A stretch of 64,000 nt of DNA from positions 17,174,001 through 17,238,000 of the forward strand of contig OZ024752.1 of the NCBI GenBank assembly GCA_964016885.1, read 5' to 3'. This document shows positions 54,177 through 64,000 of the stretch, in pieces. Position numbers and translations under genes: made by a program. The notes beneath the pieces were generated by a model. It ran no database searches and was not told where the DNA came from. It was given only the letters and a program-made list of their open reading frames with translations. The DNA comes from Eledone cirrhosa. Taxonomy: Eukaryota. How positions within the stretch are numbered: the stretch's first letter is position 1; every line of letters begins with the position of its first letter.

Positions 54177-54212
54177 GTTGAAAATTGCAAACTTGACTGT
54201 CACCACATATTA

Positions 54213-54251
54213 TGAACCTGAAGATTGCGAAAGCATGAAAGTACTTGATCA
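54213..54251 (+). ncRNA. Minimal type I hammerhead motif
   Basis: TGAAC-CTGAAGA-T-TGC-GAAA-GCA-T-GAAAG-TA-CTT-GATCA. GNRA-capped stem II and palindromic stem III AGTACT. Confidence 0.62.
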
Positions 54252-54401
54252 ATTAACACTTAGAATTTAATATTCTATCATACTATTTCATTATAATACC
54301 ATTATAAATTTTAAAGGATTGTAAATAAAACGAGTAAATCAGACAAAGTTGGAATTCCTCTTATTAATATAATCTTCTATACACAATCATATACACCCGT
54401 G

Positions 54402-54550
<149 letters not shown>

Positions 54551-54848
54551 GTATGAGACGTAGCTCCGTTTAATTGATTATTTGTCTAGTTAAGTGCTAC
54601 GGGCTAAGAGGAAAAACTGGATACATTTTATCTTACTGATCCTCGGGGAGAATAGTCGGTATCATTTGTCTATTATTTCTTCGAAGTTACATTTAAAACT
54701 TATAGATCAGTTTAAATGATTATTTATCTAATTGATTTCTACGGACTAGGGTGAAGAAAGATTGGGTGTATTTTATCTAATAATTCTTCAAACTTACAAT
54801 TTTATATATATATATATATGTATATATATATACAAACATACATACATA

Positions 54849-55038
<190 letters not shown>

Positions 55039-55325
55039 ATGTATATATACTAGACCACCCGTGACCAGTTGGGTCACGTTCGTTTCAAAATATTTTTTAA
55101 ATAATTAAAATATACACAGACATGTATATAATGTGAAATGGAACTGGAAGGCCCATACATATATGCGTGTGTATATATATATAGGAACAAGTAAGACCCC
55201 GACGGCTGAGCTCAAGCCGTTTCGACGGCTAATTCTGGACTGTTCCTATTACCCACTCTACTACCCTAAGTATTGAGTACTTTGGTGCGTTATGGTCCAC
55301 CTGGTTCCTTACCACTTTTCCTTCG

Positions 55326-55359
<34 letters not shown>

Positions 55360-55361
<2 letters not shown>

Positions 55362-55735
55362 AATTAGTATATCTACCAACATATGTATACCTATGCTAGC
55401 AAATATATATGTTATGTCTTAGTAACTTTGTGGTTCTATGCAAGGGGATGCAGAACAATTATATGAAAGACGTAAAATAAGAAAATTATTAAAATTAACT
55501 TACTTACTAAAATTTTCACTCCAACTAATTAGTTTCTGTAAGGGAATAAATATAGTTACGCAACGCAACCATAGAAAAATCCTTACGTCATCAGGGAGTC
55601 TATTCTCAGCTAAGGATTTCTCTATGGTTGCGTTGCGTAACTATATTTATTCCCTTACAGAAACTAATTAGTTGGAGTGAAAATTTTAGTAAGTAAGTTA
55701 ATTTTAATAATTTTCTTATTTTACGTCTTTCATAT
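55360..55735. mobile_element. Diverged family A element forming a fold-back (hammerhead at 55518-55599, minus)
   Basis: ACTCC-CTGATGA-C-GTAAGG...CCTTAC-A-GAAAC-TAATTA-GTT-GGAGT. ~55460-55585 is inverted at 55611-55735. Confidence 0.78.
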
Positions 55736-56827
55736 ATATATATGAATAAAGTTAGTCCTTCATCAGTGATCTTCCAACCTTCATTGGTATTTCATCGCTT
55801 TATAGACCATATACCTCCGGTTGGTGCGAGCAACGGCTAAAGAAAGTCGTTGGGACACGTAAATAAGGGGAACGAGCGAGACTGCAAACAAACAAAGATG
55901 GTAATGCAACGCAAAGTGAGGAAGAAAGAGTCAAGGCCCAGATTTCCATGAATATAAGTTCGGTGAAATCGTGAACGAGAGAGAATAAAGACCATCAAAC
56001 CTAGTCGAAATGTGACCCAGGAAGGAATTTCGCACAGGTCAAACGGGAGGAAGAAGGAGTCTAGTCCCTTAATTCGGTGAACATAAGTTCTGTGAAATTA
56101 TAGACAAGAGAGAAAAAAGGAACAACCAGCCTGGTCAAGCGTGCGCGAGAAAAGAATTACGCACAGGTGAAACGGGAGGAAGTAGGAGAGGTAGTAGCAG
56201 AGAGTGAGTGAGTGAAGGGCGATGAAGAGGCTAACAGAGAGAGTGACTGTTAGAGAGGGTAAAGGGAGGTGAAAGATACAGAGAAAGAGGAAGCAGTAAG
56301 AACGAATATATATATATATATATATATATTGGTAAACGGAATAGAAAATGCTGACAAATTGTTCACAGTGGAAAATAGTTTAATGAGGAATAAATGAGAA
56401 TTAGTAATTGTATTGGTTAGTATTCAGTTTTGGTTTTAAGTTTTACCGGTTGCGCATTTCTAAATGCTTTTCAAAAATAATTTTGAGATAGAGCGTCCGT
56501 GATGTTTGCTCCGATCTGATTAGTTTTGGGAATTCTACCTGTTTTTATGTTAAAAAAGTGGCTCCAGCGCTATTAAAATTGGTTTTTGCGCCAATTCGTG
56601 TTGCAAAAATTCTTGTGGTCAAAACAATTTTGATTGGTCGGTAGAGGTCATGTGAATGTAAAAAATTGATTTTGCGCCAAGACTGAGAAATGACTCTTTC
56701 ACAACAAATATGTGTGTATGTGTGTGTGTGTGTAGTAGTAGTAAAGTGTTCGTTGTTGTGATAATGGTTAGCAGGGACGTGTGTGCGAACCGCAGCCTGT
56801 TGACAGTTCAAATGCTTATTAAGACAC

Positions 56828-56930
<103 letters not shown>

Positions 56931-57038
56931 GCAGAGTAATTCGTGGTAGAGGGATGGTCAGTAGGAATGTGTCTGTAAGTGAGTGGAGGATATTTTAACA
57001 TGTTAAAAGATATTTTTCAGCTCTTGTCTTATACGGAG

Positions 57039-57075
<37 letters not shown>

Positions 57076-57287
57076 AGTCTCTTTGTATGTTAATGTACGA
57101 GTGTGTATGTGTGTGTGTATATATATGTGTGTGTGCGTGTGTGAGAATGTGTGTGTGTGTGTGTGTGGGTGGACCAGTATTTTTTTCCTGGTAAAATGGT
57201 GTACATTATTCGATATTTTCAGTAAAATTGATTCTCTCAATAGAACATCAAAAACCTTAACAATAAAAGGTGTGAAATGATATTGAC

Positions 57288-57319
<32 letters not shown>

Positions 57320-57457
57320 TTCACTATATATATATATTTTTTTTTTGTGTTGCACCATAGAACATGTGTGTTTACGTATGTCATTGTGTTTATATGTGGG
57401 TAGAGATGTGTGCTGATGTAGGTATGTATGTTGATGTGTGTATGTTGTGGGTTCGTC

Positions 57458-58735
57458 TTAGGGAGAAGTGTTTAGACGGGGTCCGTATTTGTTAATAAAG
57501 TAAGATTCCTTGCTGATGCGCTGGGTGTGGGTGGCATTATCTTTAAATTTGCAGAGGGGAAAGATTCTGAAGTTGGGATGATTTTGGGCGGCACAGGTAT
57601 CAATGTGTTCACTCAGTGGTATTTTCCTGTATTCCCGTATTTTAATTTGGGATCTATGGGCAGTCATGCGTTGGTGGAGGCTGTTTTTGGTCTGGCCTAT
57701 GTATTGTTCTCGACAACCTGAGCAAGTTAATACATATATTAGATTTTCCAATGCACATGTGAAATTGTGTTTTACTATAAAACGTTGTCCTTCTTTGAAA
57801 TAGAATTCCGAACCCTCTATTAGGTTGATGCAAATGCCACAGTTGGGTCTATCGCATTTTTTTACTGTGGGTTTCGTTGTTGTGGTTGGCAGTACTTTGG
57901 CATGTGTTAGGATGTTTTTCATTGACTTAGATTGTCTTTTGCTCTTTATGATATCGTGTGTTCGTAGGATTTGGTTCATTCTATGGTCCTTTTTCAACAC
58001 AGGGATGTTCTGGAGGATGGTGTCGAAGGCCTCATTGTTGAGGGGGTTGTGTGTGGAACTTTTAGTTTCGGTTGATTTACTTTAGGGTGTCTAAGGTCCT
58101 GGGTACTGAGTTTTAGGGCACGTTGGAATCAATTGTCAATTAGTGATGCAGGGTAGTCCCTGCCTATGAGTGTGTCCTTTAATTCTTGTAGCCGTAAGTA
58201 GCAGGTGTTTTTATTGGAGACTATAGTACAGATTCTCTTGGCTAAGTTGTAGGGAATATTAATTTTAACGTGTCTAGGGTGGCAAGAGTTGAAAGGAAGA
58301 TATTGCTTGGAGTCTGTGGGTTTGTAGTATATGTCTGTTTCTATTTTTTTGTTATGGATCTTAATGAGGATGTCGAGGAAGGGGAGTTGTTGATGGCTGT
58401 ATTCCATCGTGAAGTTAATATTCGTGTTGAGCCCATTTATAAGGGTGTAAAATTCTTTAAGTTTTTCGATGTTTTCGTGCCAAAGGATGAAGCAGTCATC
58501 TAGATATCGCTTCCAGTTCCTTTCTATGTGTAAGTGGAGAGTGTTTCCAAATTTGTTTAGGACTTTAGTGTAGAGGGTGATTTCCAGGTATCCCATGACT
58601 AGGTTGGCATAATTGGGGCTGTTTTCGTTCCCATAGCGGTCCCAGATTTCTGCCTGTAGGGTTTGTTATTGAAAACGAAGTAATTGTTCTCCAAGATAAA
58701 TTTGAGTCCCTCTATCACGAATTCAATATTCCAAT
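57458..58735 (-). mobile_element. Penelope-like element, 5'-truncated and frameshifted (RT + GIY-YIG)
   Basis: GTAMGTKTAP, RYLDDCF, LPFLDI, YYKPTDSKQYL and LIYVLTCSGCREQYIGQT...R...H...E...LN. Confidence 0.9.
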
Positions 58736-58739
58736 TGGA

Positions 58740-61700
58740 TGACACTCGCACTTTCAAACATTCGATCGTTGAAGAGAACAACCCTCGGAGGTACACTAAT
58801 AATGCCACAACTACAGTCAGGTTGAATAACTGGTTATTCTTCTAACTATATCTTCTGAAGACACCTTTTATTCGAATTCGTAGAGATATCCGACTAAATA
58901 CATAATTCATCTTACAAGGATTTGCTACAAACAGCATGGCTGAACACAACATCAACAAAAAAATTAAGGAAATACCGAAGACAAATAACAAGGAAGGTAA
59001 TCAAACTTTATTCAGTTGTAACTACAGAAGAAAACGAAATTATAAATCGCATTTCTCTTTGAGTTGCGAACTTAATAATGATTTATTTAATTGTTATAAA
59101 ATGGCAAAAAACAATCCCTCCATTGGCTATATGAATAGAATGAAGCTACACTGGGACGAAATGCACCCAGAGCTAAATTATTTCATAGCGAAACAATTAC
59201 GCCAACAAGCGACGTTTGTTGAAAGTAAAAATAAGATAAATATTATTAATTGTAAGTCCCCCACAACAAACATGTTATCAACAACTCGTGTTACAGTTAA
59301 GCTACTAAACTTCCTAGCAGTCAGGTCGATCAATGCCTTGAAACAACTATGCCAGTAAGAAACTTGACACCACCTGTACCATCTAAGTCTACCTCGAATG
59401 CTTGGAAAAACACTATCGATAATAATAATAATCGAAGAAATTTGACACCACGTGTACCATCCGAGTCTACCTCGACTATTGTGGAAAATACTATCGATAA
59501 TGATAATCAAAAGTATAAACAATTGAAAATTTCCCTCAATGAAATCTTCCCGAGAGAAATTAACTCATGTATAAATATCTCTCTTGCTGAACGTGTTAAA
59601 ACGACAATGTTGAATAAAAAACCAAATAATGAAATATTACGTGTTATTGACGAAATAGGGATGAATATTTACGACGGATAAAACCCCAACATTTTGGCAA
59701 ATCAACGCCAAAAATACCATCATATATAACTAAAATAGAAAAAAGATTGCTGACCTACGAAAAAACATAGGATATGTGACAATGCTCCTTACATGCAAAC
59801 AAACACAAAAAAACCTCACTCCTCACCAACAAAGAGTGAAAAATAAAATAGAAACGATGTTTGGTAACAGTAGAACCAGAACTCTCCAATATAAGCTGAT
59901 CACCCTCAAACAAGAATTTAGAACTGTTAGCGAAAAACGCCGATACCTGAAGAAGGTAGATGAGATAAAAGTGCTTAATAAAAGATTCAGACGAAACCAA
60001 ACATCAGTCTATAGAAATATGAAGGGCAAAATAATAAGTGTCACCGAGACCCCATCCCAGAAAGACATAGATTCCTTTTGGAGAAAAATATGGGGTGAAA
60101 AGAAGAATTTCAACCAAGATGCAATGTGGCTAAGAGAAATCCGAAAGAACTATTGCTCCTACACTACAACAAAAACATACGAAATAAGTGAGGGTACCCT
60201 TGAGACTGTGATAGGAAACCTCCAAGATAAGAAAACACCAGGAAGAGACATGATTGTCGGCTACTGGTACAAAAAACTGATATTCTATCGGAGGTATCTT
60301 ACTGACCTCTACCAACAAGTTCTTAAGGGAGATACACTTATACCAGAATGGTTGACATTAGCACAAACATTACTGGTCCCCAAGAACAAAGACACCCACT
60401 TGGAAAAAACTACCGACCCATTGCATGTATAAGATGTATAAGATGTATAAGATGTATAAGATGTATACAGCCTGCCTGAACCTATTCCTCCCAGATCACT
60501 GTGAAAATAATAACATCATCACAGATGAACAAGCAGCTAGAAAGAAAGGGGTTTGGGGATGTGCTGAACAACTCCTAATCAACAAAACTGCGATGTCGGA
60601 GGTGCGACAACTTAGGAGGAATATGACTACAGTCTGGCTGGACTACAGGAAAGCTTTCGATTCTGTTCCCCACTCTTGGATGATAGAGGCCCTCCAACTT
60701 GCTAATGTCCCAGACATTATTGTCAGAGCCATAGAGAGGCTGTCTTCTTCTTGGGCTACTATCCTAAGGTTAAAGACAGAGAGGGAGGACTCTATTTTCA
60801 CTGATAAAATAAAATATTGCAGGTGTATATTTCAGGGGGACAGTCTCTCTGTGATATTATTCATCTTGTCATTAAACCCCTTGTCCTTTCTGCTCAAGAA
60901 CTGTGAGGGATACATCATTGGCTCACAGGAGGACAGAAATACGAACCTAACCCATAATTTCTTTGTGGACGATCTGAAACTCTATGCCAAGAACATGGAT
61001 GGGCTGAAGAAAAATCTTGACCTGGTTACAACGTTCTCAAAGGATATAGGAATGGAGTTTGGCCAAGATAAATGCTCATACATGACTGTAAAGCGGGCAA
61101 AAACAACAACCCAATCTAGCAACATTGTCATCAATGGCCTGACTGTTTCACCGATATCTTATGAGGACTGCTACAGATACCTGGGGATAGATGAGAACTT
61201 ATCCTATAATGGTATCTGTAATAAAGAACGCGTAACCAAGGAATACTACACCCGATTAAGAAAGATCTGGTCATCGGAACTCTCTGCACAAAACAAAATA
61301 GTGGCTCACAATGTGTTTGCTGTGCCTGTTCTAACACCAACGTTTGGAATACTCAATTGGACGATAGACGAAATCCGAGCAGTTGATGTTGGAACTCGAA
61401 AAATACTGAACAACACCGGAAACTTCCACATCAACAGTGACATAAACCGCCTTTACTTGAAGCGTAAGCAGGGGGGCAGAGGCCTAACATCAGTCCAGAC
61501 AACATTTGAATGTCGCATCTTATCTCTCCGACAACATCTACGAACCTCGAAGCGTAGGAGCCCGTTTCTCGAGCAAGTCTATCTGCATGAAACAGATAAG
61601 ATCATGAGAGTTGGGAAGGAATTCCTCGAGAGATATTCCCTGTGTGATAATCAAAAACTCACACCCAGGGAAGTCGCTCAGCAGTATCGCAGTGAATCCA

Positions 61701-62621
61701 TGGATGAAAAGCTGCATGCCTATCAGCAAAAAATCATGCATGGATATGTTGCCAGGAAGCTCCAGAGTGAGAGTAATATAGATAAGGAAAGTAGTCTATC
61801 TTGGACCAACAACCGCTATATTGGCTCCCACTTTGAAGGATACGCTTTTGCAATCCAGGAACAGGAGATTAGCACGAAATACCTGATTCACAAAAGAGAT
61901 AGGGATGCAGGCAAAACACGTAGATGTGATAACAAGTGCAGACTCTGCAAAAAAGATAGCCCGATAATAAACACATTAAAACCTACAGCAATGTGGAAGA
62001 CATCCATGTACATAATATGAAAGAGTAAAAACCCCAATAAAATGCAGGCATAACAGACCAGATATTATGATATGGGATAGGGAGAAGAAAGCATGCACAG
62101 GAGTAGAAATTAGATGCCCAGCAGATGCCAATATAATATCAAAGATTAGTGAAAAGGAGAACATTTATGCAGAACTGATGAGAAATCTGCAGATACTCCA
62201 CCCTGATTACACCTTCAGATTTATGCCTGCAATTATTGGGGTACTGGGATATGTTAGTAACTGCCTCAATACAAATCTTGAGAAGCTAGGCTTCACAGGA
62301 ACAGAAAGAACACAACTAGTTAGGAAATTACAAGTACAATCCATTAATGGAACAGTAAAAATATGTAAAAAATTCCAAAATATTTGCATCTAATAACTGC
62401 ATATACACATGTACAGATACAAAGCATATACACATGCACACATACAACTCAAAACGTACACATCCACACATACAATAACATCCATATCTACACACGCATG
62501 CATACATACATATCTACCTAGTTGATGTTGTGTAAATTTCAATGAGGGAGTCTTGTGTCTATGTTAGAAACCGACTCTCTCTCTATTGGTAAAACTTTGT
62601 GAAATTATAAAACCAGAAGAA
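58740..62621 (+). mobile_element. R4/Dong-like non-LTR retrotransposon, near full length, frameshifted
   Basis: ORF pieces 58936-59358, 59349-59681, 59776-60432 (KTPGRD, LVPK), 60425-62020 (RT) and 62067-62393 (RLE). Ends in (CATA)n. Confidence 0.9.
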
Positions 62622-64000
62622 CATACATACATACACACATGATGGCTGTCCCCTTGTTATCGAGTATGGCCATTGCACGATATACTATTATTAATAACTA
62701 TCAATTAATTCTATCGTGCAATGCCTGTGCGTGAGGAAACACTGTGCACTGAGCCAATCCCGCTCTCTGAGCGACAGTAGCTATAACCCAAAAAGAAGAA
62801 AAGATCAACATCATCGGTAACTACTGAGCCGCAGGTTTTATATGTGAGTTATCCCAGCTTCCTGAATTGCCTTCTCCTAGAAGAATTCCCCGACAAAGGC
62901 TAGGGGTCCTTCACTCCCAGTGGTTTAACCAAGCGGTACATGTGTATATACATATTTACACAATTTCGGATGGCCGTTGACTCTTATGAGTTCTTCCGCC
63001 CTTTGTCAGGTTTTGTTTTTTGTCCTGCAGGGTGTCAAAAATCCTCCTCCTCACCAAGTAAACTTGGTGGGGTTGCCGGTTTAGTCGCCGACGACCCGAC
63101 CATGCGACAGGTTGTACTGGGTTACATGTTACCAGTAGCACTCAAGAGTAACCCGACATACACACATACATGATGGCTGCCCCTCGTTATCGAGTATGGC
63201 CATTGCACAAGGAAAAAAAAAATGAAATAAAATAAAATAATAATAATAATAATAATAAATAAAAAAAAAAAAAGAAATATATATATATATATATATATAT
63301 ACATACATATATACACACATACATACACATACACACACACATATACACACACACATACATTAATAACAATAATAATAATAATAATAATAGCAATAATAAT
63401 AATAACGACAACAACAATAATGTTTTCTTTATTAACCACAAGGGTTCACATAATGTAGACATTAAGGACAGTACAGGACAATACAGGACGGTACAAATGG
63501 GCATTTCTGCGTGTAAAAAAACAGAGGTTGAAATAAAATAACAAAGAAAAATTCCCCAATACGGGGGAGACTTCCAAGGTTCGACAACAACAATAATAAT
63601 ATACATATTCATATATATATACACACACACGCACGCACATAAGCATATCTACACACACACACACGATAGCAACTAACAGTACTGCGATCGAATGTGGCTT
63701 TTTAGCCCAGCCAATGATCTAAAATGTCTTGCACAGAGTCGGCAACCAAAACATTCACTGGGAATAGTCGGCTGTGGTTGGAGTTCGTGTACTTTTGCAT
63801 GTCGCTTGAGCCCTCCTGCTGATTTACATTCTCTACCACATGTTTGGCAAGCATGATGAGTAGCATCTCCAACAGCAGCCTGGTAGTCAACCACTGGTCT
63901 TACTTTGACTGCGAAGATGACTTTCGAGTCCAGCTTTGCTTAGGCAGAGTCTCGCACAGACGCTGCATGTCAGCACCATAGGAGGACCCTCGCCGCCTGG
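60580..64000 (+). repeat. Near-identical direct copy of positions 1-~3423 (segmental duplication, offset 60,579)
   Basis: All ORF coordinates shift by exactly 60,579. The only differences I noticed are two substitutions (SLF/SLS, KAT/KPT) and one 2-nt deletion near 63906. Confidence 0.95.

Noticed and set aside
60425-60466. MYKMYKMYK N-terminus as a real protein start
   Set aside because: It is a 9-bp slippage duplication at a frameshift inside the R4-like ORF.

Overview
AT-rich, microsatellite-dense eukaryotic DNA. The repeat repertoire (tRNA-derived SINE, RTE LINEs with C-terminal C2H2 fingers, Dong/R4-like and Penelope-like elements) looks like an octopus or other cephalopod; this is an inference. 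Only one host gene is evident: a GT11 alpha-1,2-fucosyltransferase on the minus strand (~47.4-48.7 kb) with a mucin-like repeat stem. The rest is nested retroelements (R4/Dong, RTE, Tx1/L1, CRE, Penelope), SINEs, a non-autonomous Helitron, two 28-bp minisatellites and many simple repeats. Positions 1-~3420 recur almost identically at an offset of 60,579 bp, which suggests a very recent tandem duplication of a ~60.6-kb unit carrying the fucosyltransferase. The main hidden signal is non-coding. By eye I find 22 type I hammerhead-ribozyme motifs (CTGANGA...GAAA...NUH) in about 12 sequence families, on both strands. Several families show compensatory stem changes between diverged copies. Most sit in ORF-less elements built as an inverted arm plus tandem direct units (656, 546 and ~309 nt). 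These look like non-autonomous Penelope-dependent, retrozyme-like elements that could release unit-length, possibly circular RNAs. Coordinates were read manually and may be off by a few bases. No searches or folding programs were run.
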